From Gonapodya sp. JEL0774 (lineage: Eukaryota), in assembly GCA_027604505.1 (NCBI GenBank), contig JADIIX010000028.1:124001-188000 (forward strand): a stretch of DNA of 64,000 nt, in the 5' to 3' direction. Under the pieces are notes generated by a model. The model searched no databases. It was given only the letters and a program-made list of their open reading frames with translations, and was not told where the DNA came from. This document shows, one piece after another, positions 38,601 through 50,850 of the stretch (within the stretch, counting starts at the first letter, position 1; each line of letters begins with the position of its first letter). The translations under genes were made by a program, and so were the position numbers.

Positions 38601-39109
38601 AACTGGAACTCAGGTCTCGCACCGTGCGGTCGCCACCACCGACGACGAAAAATCGATCCGTCGTGGACACGGACACCCTCAACAACATCTTCGCGCCCAC
38701 AAACACCGAGACACAGAGTATGAGTATGAGTACGGACGCATTGGTCCGCCCGCCCAGTGCAGGTGTGACCGACAGGCTACCCACCACGGCCACGGCGGCA
38801 CCGCCACCCGACGAGTGCGACTCGGGCGAGGACCAGAGGATGTGGAACGCCAGGCTGCGGTCGGCGGCGACGTCGCCGCGGGGTGGAGGGCAGCAGCAGC
38901 AGCACTACACAGGTGTGCCCGGTATTGTCGCCACGCCGCCGCCCAGATGGGTCGGCGGGCTCGTGGGGTTCGTTGATCTGGGCATCGACATGGGCATGGG
39001 TGGGGACGTGTCGCCAAAAGGGGGCCGGAGGGGGAGGTCGTTGAGCACAGAGGGGTGTGGAGACCCAGAGGAGGGTCCCGAGAAGAAGAAGAGGAGGGTG
39101 GTCAATTGA
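35687..39109 (+). CDS. ~1140-aa low-complexity disordered protein (P/T/G/D-rich) with C-terminal NLS-like PEKKKRRV
   Basis: Uninterrupted 3.4-kb ORF with no recognisable domain. It ends GPEKKKRRVVN*. The start is uncertain. Confidence 0.6.
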   Translation: MDTRTRIEGRRRRREDSSREAAGGRKGTQVRVAQGGGVVGVWGRGESDALHTLQTQPGPCTRSFPNPPSKLILTPNPTPTRRTPFPSPSPSPSSPLLPLLPPLPPPLSSPPPPPPIHNHNHSTLHLLPIDNNENLPPSQFPPPLYKVTSHRVLHVVHRGLHRIQGLDRRILGALAQEPSRKIPSVHAVKVLHGTHKKGNGPSPSPTRTPTPTSHHHPPVRLPVRSPVHPQPRCTPLGPSHLPHSTTTSTTSAILPRSTTSTIPAPPRPPTSLARQATNSTSTSGSGSGRGSAYGFRQRKESGGSAAGAGAGAGAGGNQDGDGRGGGGAGAGGGGSGNGNGNGNGRGGGDRDRDRDDDHDREQQDEKADDGNDSNTEDDDDDDADDKDDKADKDDKDDNKAEAKEEGHSHKRDDGSDPDPDHQHNQDSMMDPRLVVTPDPQFGSASGPGPGPASDTAHPHLTHTSLATLFRPRARRHGDAIGEQAGAGGAGGAGAARTTGTATATATDTATTPTPTPPATVVHTTATAPPTTPVPAAAHHPPPYTDPPPSPDSPPLPLPTATATAPGSTAPRHRRSAPSLTGNSMPLAPLSTSYTNANPQNYELRNRSRSDGRVVVPVLRGLTPVAVAVGVGVAGTGVGVGIGHRAATAGTGGARGLAGNGQRAATAGAGAGGGRDRHSVPVPVARQGSMTRIPPVTQVVSPTRPAASVAAALRRTPRRSTGNGENAAGAGATATSASTSLLSPQRTVYVPYVKGLRTAGPDEHPSANALFSPQGAAPYVVPILVRGSGKGGEKGASRSGRGRGRGTGTGTGTGTGRKAARNLRLEMDVVGGKGKGGQQGEEQDGSEKPAAGNGTRLLRSLGGLAGLAGARGGSRSTTGGGGGGGGSLFDRVARFFSTGRAGAGVEVEGMIDAGKVEGELGDVRGGIGNGKVVAGVGVGGGAGVVQDQAGPTDSAAAAAHHDGHDDHDNFTRELELRSRTVRSPPPTTKNRSVVDTDTLNNIFAPTNTETQSMSMSTDALVRPPSAGVTDRLPTTATAAPPPDECDSGEDQRMWNARLRSAATSPRGGGQQQQHYTGVPGIVATPPPRWVGGLVGFVDLGIDMGMGGDVSPKGGRRGRSLSTEGCGDPEEGPEKKKRRVVN

Positions 39110-39797
39110 GAGAGGGAAGACGGGAACGGGGTAGAGGGAGGTTGTTTGGACTTTTGTTTCAACACGATCACGACGGAACAGACTGTGTTGATCGGCCGGG
39201 GGTTGGGGGGGGGGGGGGTTGCGGAACGGAATTGCGAACGGCGACGAGTGATGGAGTTGACGTGCGACAACTGTCGAAACTTTCCTATTCAGCGTGAGCG
39301 TTTCACCTTGATACTATTCCAGCGGCCGCGGGTTTTATGGACCCCAAAAGCGGCAACTTGTTTTACGTGGTGTGCATACCCACTTTATTTACTGTTACCT
39401 GTACGTTTACATAACTGCCAATATGAGATCCGGTAATATTTTTCTCATTGGAAGAGGAGGTGACTTGAATCCTGGGAATTGTGTGTTGGAACTAATAGGA
39501 AGCTGTCAGTGATGGCATGCAGTTTTCTATAACTAAACTTGGACTGGCGGTATAGTTCTTCGACAACAACACATTCTCGATAAAACGGGGGAAATGTTCT
39601 GTTTTCACATTTATTTTCGCCAGCACCGAGTTTGGCGAGTGTGTTGTCGAATAAACATGTTTTGCCGTGCCGCAGGTTGTATATATTTGAACTCATTGTG
39701 GATGTCTTCGTTGGAAAGCAAAGATTCGACAGCATTCGTCCCTACAATCTGATGACGGGCGCCAGTGCAACTCTCGAATCCCGATCACTTCCAACCG

Positions 39798-40943
39798 ATG
39801 CCGACGGTCGGAGGAGGACGATTCTCATCACAGGTTAGGAAAACAGGAGATATTTTCGAAACAAGAACGACGTCGCATCCTCACGATGTGTTCATATCAG
39901 GTGCCGCATCGGGCATGGGTCTTGAAACTGCTCGTCTGTTCGTCCACAAGGGATGGTTCGTCGTCGGAGTTGACGTGAACGAAAGCAGCGTCACCGATCC
40001 CGCGACTGGGCGAGTGCGTCCCGGACTGCACGATTTCAAGGACGAGCTTGGCCAAGACAATGTCCACGTGGCGTGCGTAGATGTGTCCAAAAAGGAGCAG
40101 TTTGATGCCTTGATCGACGAGTTGGAGGTGCTCCTTCCTGCTCGAACACGAGGTACCAAACCAGTCCTTGACATCGTTTTCGCCAACGCTGGAATCGGAC
40201 GAGGTGGATCGTGGCCCAACACGCCTTGGCAGAATCACCTGGATGTCGTCGCGGTCAACTTTGTTGGTGTCATGATCACCATCTACTCGTCACTTCGGCT
40301 CATGAAGAGTGGTGAGGGCGGATTGATCTTTTCGACGAGTTCGGCGAGCGCAATGGTTCGTGTTTACTCGGCGAGTGCTTCCGTTAGATTTGTCACGTAC
40401 CGAAACTGATATGTTTCCACATTATTATAGTACGGATTCCCTGGCGTCGCCACATACTCCGCCACCAAGCACGCTGTCAAGGGGCTCACCGAGGCGCTTT
40501 CAATCGAACTGGCACAGTACGGTATCCGGGTCGCCGACACACTTCCGGGTCTCATCGATACTCCCCTTCTACCGGCTTCGTCCGCAAAAAACGCCAATGT
40601 TCAGGGTGACAAGCATCCTTTTCGTGTCATCCAACCAAATGCCGTTGCAAACGTCGTCTGGGCATCATGGATCAATGATCCCGATGGAACTGACGCTCTC
40701 GGGGATCTCACACGTGATCGCATTCACTGGTATGTGCCAGAGGAACTGCAGGTGAGCTTCGGCAGCATTGTGTCACGTCGCAAAGCTCAGACTGTGTTGA
40801 AAACCTTTTACTATATCGGAAAGACGGAAATCGATGCGGTCGTCAACACGCGTGGCGGAGCTGAGAAAATTCGCGAGCATTATGATACAACAATGTGGAA
40901 ACCGATGCTCGCCGCTCGGAAGGCCGCCGCAGAGAATGCATAA
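39798..40943 (+). CDS. Classical short-chain dehydrogenase/reductase
   Basis: VFISGAASGMGLETA, NAGIG, STSSASAM|YGFPGVATYSATKHAVKGLTEAL and GIRVADTLPGLIDTP; two introns. Confidence 0.92.
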
Positions 40944-41063
40944 ATTAAGAGTTCAGAGGAAGGTAATGAGAAGTTTGAGAAAAGTATATATTGTTATACA
41001 GTGGTATAAGATGGGGTCATCTGCGGAACACTTGAGAATAGTATCATCAAATGTTACTGCCGC

Positions 41064-43153
41064 TCAGTTCTTCTTCCCCTTCTTTCCACCCTTCTTACCA
41101 CCTCCGGATGACTCGGCCTCGGCGGGAACAGGAGCATTTCCAGCACCAGATTTCTTCTGCTCCATGGGCTTCGACTGCGCAGAAGAGGGCCTCGAGTTTC
41201 CTTCCATTTTCGGAGTCGCTGCTGCCGGAGCCGGTTTTGGCGATGGAGAGCGAGCGCGATCCTGTTTACTTGCGGGCGGGGTGAGTTGTTGCTGCTGCGC
41301 AAGGCTTGGAGCTGCCGTTGACTTCTGCTCCTGTGGGCGAGGTGCCGCAGCCTTTGGCATTGGGGCTTGTGCCGGCGCAGGGGCAGAGGACGCGGACGGT
41401 GGTTGCATTGACGACGAAGGCTTGGAAGACGCAGGGCGAGAAGATTGACCACTTGGTTGTTGTTGAGCTTTGGCAAGAGGTTGGGCCTGTTGCTTCTGGG
41501 GTTGAGGAGCAACTTGTTGTTTGTTAGTAGCGGGCATCGTTGTAGGAGCTTGCTGTTTCGGAGGCTGGGCTGATGCTGGCTTGTTCCCGGCATTCTGAGT
41601 GGGTGGAGCGGTTTGCTGCTTTTGAGGTTGAGGAGCCGCTTGCTGTTTTCCCGAAGGTTGAGGAGCTGGCAATTGCTGCTTCTGGGCTATTGGAGGTGAC
41701 GCCTGCTTCTGCGGTGCCGAGACGGGTCTGGAAGCAGCCTGCGGGGAGGCAGCCTTGGCGGACTGTGGTTTCGGAGATGCAGTCATGGCGCGGTTCTGCG
41801 ATTTGGTGGGCGATGATTTGCTTGGGGATTTGGCGGATTTGGAGTTGCGGGTGGGAGCAGGCACCTTGATGCCAGGAATCTAACCCACACGAGAGTTGCA
41901 AAGCACATTGGATATGGAGATTGATAGCTGTGACGACACAGTTATCACTCACCATTTTGAGCGCAGCTTCGAACTTTTGGTATGCGGACATGAGAAGCGC
42001 TGCTACACCCTGTGCAACGGGACCACCATATAGACGAGATTCTTTCGAGGAAGGAGGAAGAAGTTAAGACAGGTTAATAACAAGTTCTTCGCAAGCAGCG
42101 AAGATGAATTTGCTTGCTCACCTTGCCTCTCGAACCACTGCGCTTCTCGTTTGAGTTCCTCCAAGAGAACTTTCCAGAGCTTCATCAATTCGGGCGACTT
42201 GGCGATGCCAGACTCTTTCTCGACAAATGGCACCGACTAGGGTAATTGAGCACAATAATGAGAGATATTAGGAACACACATCAGTGTCATGATGCTTAAC
42301 GTGGTGAAAGGTACCTGCCCTCTCATTTTTGCTAGGGCTTCGGTGTACTTTCGCGCGGCTCCTCCAATTTCCTTTCCGTGGGGTGTTTGAGACAAGTTCG
42401 CAGCGATTCCGCGGAGCTCCGAGAGGAGCTTGTTCTCAAACTTGCGAAGATCACGAGACTCCACGGCGACTGTGTTGATCTCTGCGACGTTGCAGTTGAC
42501 AGATTCACCGTCATCTCCGAAGACGCTACAGGAAATTTCAAAAGGAATCGAATCAACTTCTTCTAAATCATTTACCGGAAATGATGTTGAAACATACCCG
42601 CAGGTGCTTTCATCGATGATTGTGCTCACACCCCAGCAAGCACGGAAATTTCTGGCGCGATCAATGTCTTCTACGAGACGATCGGCAGCAGATTGGACGT
42701 GGTGCGCTTTGGGGTTCCCCGACGACTAAAGAAACGTCCGAGCCAAACCGGCTGAGGTTGGTAGGGGCGATGAGAATTGCAAAAGAGCAACATACTCCAT
42801 ACCTGCAGGAACGAGACAGCATCCTTGGCTCGACGAAGAGCAGCATCCTCGGCTTGATATGTCTCCTCATTGGTGGGTTTGCGCTGATGCTTGCGGCTGC
42901 AGGTTGGAGGGGAATTACAGGGTTCGAATGAGATTGGTCTTCTCCCAAACGATTTGAATGAGACACGACACACTCACAAAGTGGGGAGGACTTCAGAATC
43001 GGCGACGGCCACATCGAGCTTGGTGTGGTAGACCTAGCGATTGCAATTCAAAGTAGAGAGCGCACAAAGAGTGAGTGGGGGTCAACATTGGCTGCATCGA
43101 TATGCCGAACTAAACCGTGCACAAACCTGGTCAACGGTGACTGATCCTGGCAT
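41064..43153 (-). CDS. Hypothetical multi-exon protein: helical N-terminal domain + Q/P/A-rich repeat tail ending KKGGKKGKKN
   Basis: Linked exons MPGSVTVDQ|VYHTKLDV..., RKHQRKPTNEETY... and ...LWKVLLEELKREA..., then final exon 41064-41880 with KQQ(A/V)APQPQK repeats. No family recognised. Confidence 0.6.
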
Positions 43154-43600
43154 GATTGAATGTTTGGTTTGTTCGAAGAATAGAAGCTGGGTAAAGTTCG
43201 AGTGAGTTCGAGCGATGAATGAGAAGCAGATTGAAGGCGGCTTTTGTACCAGTCGCTTGTGGACGCGAAGATGAGTACACGAGCTCTGCCTCACTTCGCT
43301 TCTTCGCCATTTGAAAAACTCCGGACCTACAAAAACATTCTGCGCCACTGTGGAAGCTCAATGCCGCAATGCCATCGATGTGATGCTCGTGGTCTGCCTG
43401 AGTCAGAGAGTCTTTGAGAACAGTGTGTAAATGCGCCATCATGCTTTTCTATGCGTCTTGCAAGCTGAACATATACACCACAAAGCCAAGAAATATGAAA
43501 GATTTCAAGTCAATAGTCAAAAAAAGTCAAAAATAGGGTACGCTTCAATCAGTCTCAAATTTTTCGCAGCTGACGTGGTGACGTCCTCGAATACATATCC

Positions 43601-45037
43601 TCATGTTGTTGCATTCACTTGAATGCCACGTTGGTTCCCGTTCCAGTGATCTTCGGCCGCAATCGTACTCCTCTCTCCATCAACGTGGTCGGTGTTCATC
43701 GCACTCCCACGAGTCGAGTCCCTTCGCCGACCGAATCGTGTTGCGAACCATCTACCAAGACCCCATCGAGGACGCGGTCGCGAACCACCTTCACCACTAC
43801 CAGCGAGTTCATCGGTCAAAGTACGTTGAACACTCCCGAGGCTGTCAGAGTACATGTTTGTGGACGTCCTCGTCACGTTCCTTTGATTTACTGGCTGATA
43901 ACCCTGTTGATCACTGAAGCCCGAACTCTTCTGTTGTTGTCCAGAACTGACACGTCTCGTGAGATTTGCCCTCTGCCAGCGGGCGATGAAGTCGGGAAAG
44001 AACGACAAGAAATAGTGGCTAATGGGGATGCATGAGTCGAAAGTTGATATAATCCGAAGTTCAGAACGTACGAATGTTTCCACAAACCTATCGACATATT
44101 CTCGTATCTACATGATTGCCCCAAGGTAAGACCGATCGGTACTGATTGTCATTGGGACGAGACAGTGATATTCTGGGCAATAACAACACATACCGTGACT
44201 ATACGTCCATCTCGTACAACAAACACAAAGTCTGAGGAACGTGAAGAAAACGGGGGAGATCCAAATTGCGGGTTTCAGTCACGTTGATCACACAATACGG
44301 GCATCAGTGGCAAGATTCTCACCGTGTTCCTGGTTGTAGACTTGCCCATCATGAGTCACACCCAAGGACTCGGCCTTCGAGTCAGACACAAGTACGAGCG
44401 AGAATTGCGTTATAGTGTATTACACAGCAGCTCGTGTGGGTTGCAATACGTACTTCAACATGAACTTTATCGCCATCACAAGTGAAGTCGAGGGGGGTTA
44501 TCCTAAACTCCTTGAAACGCGGGAAAAAGTCATTGCGCAGGAATGCTCCATACGACTGAAAGTCCATATTGGGAGCGCCTGAGTTCGGAATCATAATAGG
44601 TCCGTTCAACAGCCCTAAGAGAGTCCCGACTCCGTGGACTGGTACACACCAATGGATTTTGGGAGCAGTTGCACCAGCAAGCGATCGCCATCCAGAAGCA
44701 TTTGCATTGAGGTGTCCGTAGAACTGTATATTTGTTCCATGTATCGTCGCGCAATATCTTTGGGACGGGGACCAGAGCTGGCGGGGCTGATTCCTCCATG
44801 CTTCCGTCGAAGGGAATTAGTACGGGCAGATGCCAGCGACAAACTCGTTCGAGAGTGCGACAGCGCCCTCGTCAGAGCTGGTGGAGATGAGGGAGACATG
44901 GGAGACCGGGATGTTGGGGATCCAGGTGACAGGTGCATTGATAACGGAGATGGCTGTCCTGCTAGCAGAGGAGATCCCGTCGTGCTTAAATGCTCCGGCC
45001 TGGGAGGGACGACCGGATGTGGAGTCGCGCGTTTCAT
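43601..45037 (-). CDS. SnoaL/NTF2-like fold protein, paralog A
   Basis: PKDIARRYMEQIY...LLPKSIG|...FKEFRITPLDFTCDGDKVHVE|AESLGVTHDGQVYNQEH|DFVFVVRDGRIVT|IREYVD is a typical ketosteroid-isomerase-like strand pattern. Confidence 0.75.
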
Positions 45038-47299
45038 GCCAGAGGGCACTCGGTCTGTGAACCAGAAATATATTATGTACGGACGGGAGTGGCGTCAAGC
45101 AAGCAGCACAGGTACGCAGAGGCGCAACGTCTGAAACCAGGAAGCCACGCACTCATCGTCGGCGACATTATTGTCCGAGAAACGACTGGAAACGCGACTT
45201 AGGACTCGAATTTGCTCATGTTGGAGAGTCCTAAAGGGCATGATGAGATGAGAAAAATAACCCCCCGCAGGTTTTTCGCTAATCTGACATAAATTTTCTG
45301 TGACTGAAGCTGAGACAGTGCAAAATTGATGAATAATGGCATGGAAACATGCTTCGTATTTTTGGAGACTGATGACTATACTTGGCGATTGTGCCACGCA
45401 GGGCCATTCCCGACAACGCACGAACAGCCATATCAATGTGGCGTTGGCACTCTGACGCGCAGAGTAAGGTTCTCTCTCTCGTATTTTAAAGCTAGACTAG
45501 AACGTCAAATATGAGCATAACTGCAAAGTGGTCAAGAATGTGTATGATCTGCGTGACAGGCTCACTATAAGGGCAAACACAAAGAGAATCATGGAGGATC
45601 AGAGGAAACCCAACGACTCTGACTGTTGTGTTCCAGCCCGTGCGCCGTGCCGTTCGACACCGTGCAGTCCACTCTGCAGTATCTCCATTATTTGCTTCAA
45701 CGTATGTTGTGGCAATCCTAAACCTTGGCTCTCTCCCACGGAAGACCACCACCGTCACTCTTGTTGGCGTCTCCAACACCATTGGCATCTCCAACTACTC
45801 CTGATCCCGAAGCTTTTCTCTGTCCCTGACCTACACCACCACTGCTCTGACCCCGGGAACGGGCGTCCCGCTCTCGGGCTTCCCGACGGGCAATGTTGGA
45901 CGCGAAGAATTGAGCGGAATACAAACTGAACGGTTGGTGAGAAATGCCAAATGAAATGCGGGTGGATGGATTCGTCGGAGGACGGAGGCGGTTCAGTTCC
46001 GAAAAGGCGAAATAAGGAAGTGGTAAACAGACGGTCAAAAGTGATTAGCAACGTCGGAGGTTGAGTGAACATGCAGTGTAAATGGATGAGTAGATCCCGT
46101 AAAAGCGGGGGACGCAATTGATTCAGTTAACCGGCTCTTTATAAGGAGCAGAGATCTCCATCGTTCACAACAACATATGCTTATGCCGCCACAAGTGCTC
46201 CAGATCAAATTTCCATATTCCCCGGCATTTCAGAATTTGCACAGATGAATCCACTAACCAGAACTCTTAACAGCTTAAAGTACTTGCCAGAAGGTTGACT
46301 TGAGCCATTCACCGGGACCTGCACGCGATCAGCATACAAAGTCCTGCGGTTCTGAAGATCAACTAAAGATTCCAATCTGCAATCATTCCATGCACTGTGA
46401 CGTTGCAGTGTATCCGTGTCCGGGAAGGACGAGGGTATGATCACCCCAGCGTCACGCCGTCAATCAGAAGCAAAAGACCCTTGTTCCGACATCACTAGTG
46501 ACACTCCCACGTCTTGATGGCGCCTTGGTACGCCGAATGCGGTGATCGGGCTCAGGGCAGTAACGGTCCGGTGGGAGAAGTGGCGATTTGAGGGTTCCAG
46601 TTGGCGCCCATGAATTAGCCCCAAGTCCTCATACTCCGTCATTCGCAGAGAACAAGAAGGTCGAAGCGGTGTCCAAAAATCCGTCATGTTTGTGTAATTT
46701 ACGGAGATGGTGCGATCGACGTGACGGTCCGGACCATTTGCGACTGCACTAGCAACCGTCATTCTGTCTGCTTTGATTTCTCCGTCCGACGTCACGAGTT
46801 CATCCGAAGCGAAGACACTCACGTATCAACATATTCCCGGATCTGGATGTTTCGAAGTGTGGTCAAGGATGGTGTGCGGTGAAAAAATACAGGAAGGGGT
46901 CCGAGACGTTGGGAAAGCAAGGTTTGAGCAGAGTAAGGAGATCGCGACAAGCGCAGTACGCGTGAGGAGACAACGGAAGCGATGTTAGTAGGAGAGATTC
47001 GCGGGGATCCGAGGTCGAAAGTACGAAAGGGGGAATCATAAAAGACAGCAACGGGGGTCGCGCCTCGCGCGACGACCTGACCGCAATCAAAAGAAAGTCA
47101 GCACGCGAATTTGCATTGAGCAGTCTGCGGCTGTATGAGCTGCGGATAGACTGGAGCCCACGAAGGGTGATCGAAGCAATATTCGCAGAACAAGCGGTCG
47201 AGTCGTGTCTAGACTTCCTGGTGCTCGAACATCCTGGTACCAGTCACCATCACTCGATCCAGCGCCACACTCGATGCGCGGTGTGTGTTAAAAGTACGC

Positions 47300-48766
47300 C
47301 ACGCCCTCCTGCCTTCGACGTGCTATCTACGAGCTCCAGCCACCTGCGATGCGTGAGCCAGGAGGCTAATGACCACCCGTCCCCCACACAGACAGTCACT
47401 CACGCCGACAATCTTGCCATTGCGGACAGTGAAGAGAACGTCTAGATGTTTGAAGGTGGGGGCGAAAATAAGGCCGATTGAGGAAAATAAAGTGTGCGAG
47501 GAGCGAAGATGGTGTGAAAGAGATCGAAGAACAGCGTGGCACGTGAACCGAGTGGCAAGCGGTGGAATGTTTGTTGATTTGGTTGTGGGTCGGGTGGTGG
47601 TTGCACCGCGCAGGCGGGTGCACCAGACGGGATTATTAAAGCACCACAGATTGACGAGATAAGGACGCAAAGACATATGTACAGCAAAGACAGAGCGAAT
47701 TGGGGTGACGACGTGGATAGATTCGACAGTGGGTTAGGGTTGAAAGTAGGCACGCGCAAGAAAAAAGCGAGATGAGAGGTGTTTGATGTGTCAGAACTGA
47801 ATAGCTGAAGCCTCTAAGTCAAATCCCCACGGTGCTCCAATGCAGCCACTATAGCACAAATACGTGTGCTACGTAGCAGAATTGCATTCGGTTCTCTACA
47901 TACGGTATTGTTGGTTGAACTTTCTACCGTCATGTGTCGTGCCAAAGGATTCCGCCTGCGGTTCGGGCGAGCAAGAGCACGGGAAGAGTAAAGTGGGATG
48001 AGTCAAGACCGGTTGGCGAAAGGGGGGGGGGGGGAAGGTACAAGGAAGAATTCAAAGTGAACAGTAGATCACACAAGAGCAATTCACCAGGTTGAAGAAG
48101 CCGTATGCTAGGAGCCAACCCAGACGCAAGACGAGACCACTTTGAGATAACACGCTGAGTCACCTGTCACCATGACTGTGGCGCTCCCTGAGCATTTCGT
48201 CATGTGAGAGAACCATTCAACAAAAGAGCCCTTGCGTCGTCTGACCCGCTAAGTCGTCTCCATTACACGTACTCTTCGACAGAGCTGCAGGCTTCTCGAC
48301 AATGTCAAAGCATCTGCAGAGCAAGAACGTACCTCGACAGCGACCCTCTCGCCCTCACATGTCCAGGCGTGGGGAATCCAAGCAAACTCCTTGAAGGTCG
48401 GGAGAAGCTCGTTTGTCAGAAAGCGAGAATATTGGCGGTAATTCATTGGAGGAGTGCCTTCAAAAACGTAGTGAAGGTTGAGACCACAACTTTTGACTTG
48501 CACGAGGTCTTCCATACATCGCTACTCGCGGTCGGCACCACGGATGCCGACACTTAAAACAACCGTTTCGGGGCATACACCGGTGATGGAAGTAATTGGA
48601 TGAAAAGGGAAGAGAGTCACAAACCTATCGAACGAGGGAGTATCTCCACGGTGAGAAGTCTGTTGTCGAGTATAGCGAGAGCAGAGTTTGTATTTCTGAA
48701 CAGGGCGGACATGAACTCTTGAACGACCTGCTTCGGTTGAGTGTAGGCAAGGTCAGGAGGATGCAT
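47300..48766 (-). CDS. SnoaL/NTF2-like fold protein, paralog B (3' end unresolved)
   Basis: MHPPDLAYTQPKQVVQEFM...ILPRSIG|TPPMNY...FKEFAWIPHAWTCEGERVAVE|AESFGTTHDGRKFNQQY|HVLFTVRNGKIVG, with the same intron positions as paralog A. Confidence 0.7.
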
Positions 48767-49672
48767 TTTATGGCAGTGGTTAAGGGCAGACGTGGGCGGA
48801 CAACGATCGGCAGATTGTATAGGAGGTGAGGTGAGGGAACACGAGAGGCGTGCTTTGGTCCACAAGCACCATGCACCCCGGTCTCCTTTTCGGCAAGAGT
48901 ATTCCAGTAGTGACCTTAATCCAGTCAGAAAAACCGACATAAGCTGAGGATTCATGAGTCAAACTCCACCGTATTCACTTGCTTTCCATCTCCAACAAGC
49001 GTTTATCTATACCTATGTTATACTGCTGCCGGTGCTGCCGGTCATCTCGCCCAGATACCTACGCCATCAGACCTCACATGCTCTGTAGCTGTAACTCCAC
49101 ATCCCTGCGAGGCGGAGATCCACAATCGCAAATTGAAGATGCCTTAGGCATGGACCTCGACTCTCAAGACTTGCTGAGTATTTGAACTACTCATGTGTTA
49201 TACCATGCATATCGACACACTTTGATGCTTCAAACGGCATGAAATATCCGAGGGTGCAACCTGGCGCCCACAGTCCCCTCATCTATCATCAAACTTCATT
49301 TACATTTAGCTCTTCTCTGGTCCTCTTGCTTCAATGAGACCACGTCTCTGGGACGGAACCTCTCACGTTCGAACCATGATCTGTCGGTGAACGAACCAAT
49401 GTGCGATCGTGAGTTTTGAAAGCGTGGCTGAGGCGGGTATCAACGTCTATCAAGATGCGGTTGTCGGAGCTTGTTACTGGTCCGAATTTCATCGTACTGG
49501 CAGCATCGGCTCAATATTTTGAAATAGTAGATTCGAGCGTCTAAGTGAGCGCTGCCGGCTCCAGTTGTTGAAATACCTGGACGTGCTAGACGCGCTGTGT
49601 AGTCTAAATTTGGTCTAACTCTGTGACCATCCAACTCACCCGAGACCCAAAAGATCCTACCGACCAGAAGCT

Positions 49673-50850
49673 ATGCCAGGAGCGCCAGTCCTAATCGTTA
49701 TTGGTGTCGTCGCGGTTGTTGCCGCGGCTATTGTCGTTTGTGAGTTCGACCTTTGTCTGTCAAGCGCTTAGCTCGCTGTTGTTCGTTAGACTGCAATCGA
49801 ATCGAGCGTTCACAGAGATCTCATCTTCGAAAAGGGTCGATCTACGAGCAAATTCAGGAAAGAGAAGACCGTTATGAGCAGTTCCATAGCTCTTCCGGAT
49901 CTTCTCGCCGCCAGAGCTCCCGGGAGCCCGACCCACCCAAGCGTCCATCAGGGAGATCAGTAGGATCCACTCGGCAACGCCCATCACGTTTTCGCTATCA
50001 AACTGAAGAAGGAGAAGACGAGGCTCTTTTTGAAGCGGCCATGAAGGACCAGGGTGACATAAGTCTCCATGACGTGGAGAGCAGGTACTCCCCCAAGTTT
50101 CGACCATCCTCGACGCAACGACTAGCTCCCATTCCACCGTCGGAGCGCGATGTTTTTAGCTCACACAGTGTCAAGCCCGGTGCTCCGTTGGAAGTTGCTT
50201 CATCGGAGCTCGGGAAAAGACGTTTGGAAACTGAACCAGAACGATCCACTTCAGTGAGTGATCCGAATATCTTCTTAACCCCCACCGTACCTGGACTATA
50301 CATTGTAAACAGCATCAGAGGTCTGAAACAATAGCAAGCCGGGTTGAAGCCGGGTCTCGTATTGACAATCCACGCGATACGACGGGCTGTGCCTCGACTC
50401 TGCTCCAGCAATCCTCGGATGAGGTCTACAGTAATCCAATCCCTCAAGTGTCATCTGTTAGTGGGGGCGAGCTGCACTCGGCGTCTGTGGTACTTGTACC
50501 TCTCTCATCGGATGAACAGCGTCATCACTCGCGGAATGCATCTGAGTCCGCGAGGTCTGCAACCTCTGGAGCAGGTTCAGACTGGACCGAGCTCGGCAGT
50601 GAGTAGGAGCAGTCTCGGGTGTCACTTAATCGATAAAGTGATCAATTGAACTCCAACAGATCCCCTTGTACTATCACCACCCCGGAGCTCGAGTTCACGT
50701 CCCACCTCACCACCTCGCACCACACAAACTGATATGAGCGCATCCACAAGTGTGGACGGGTCTGTGACTGATCAAAGCTCTATGATGAGTGGAAGCGAAT
50801 GGCTAGATGTTGAGGATTCACTTCGGAACAGCAATATGGACAGGACCTGA
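49673..50850 (+). CDS. N-terminal signal-anchor protein with long Ser-rich disordered tail carrying SDWTEL and SEWLDV motifs, 4 exons
   Basis: MPGAPVLIVIGVVAVVAAAIVV|WSIYEQ...RSTS|HQRSE...SGAGSDWTELG|NPLVL...SGSEWLDVEDSLRNSNMDRT*. All three introns are GTGAGT...AG and preserve frame. Confidence 0.7.

Noticed and set aside
45620..45950. Possible decayed MFS transporter fragment (…RKTTTVTLVGVSNTIGISNY…)
   Set aside because: The resemblance is too weak and short to support without a search.
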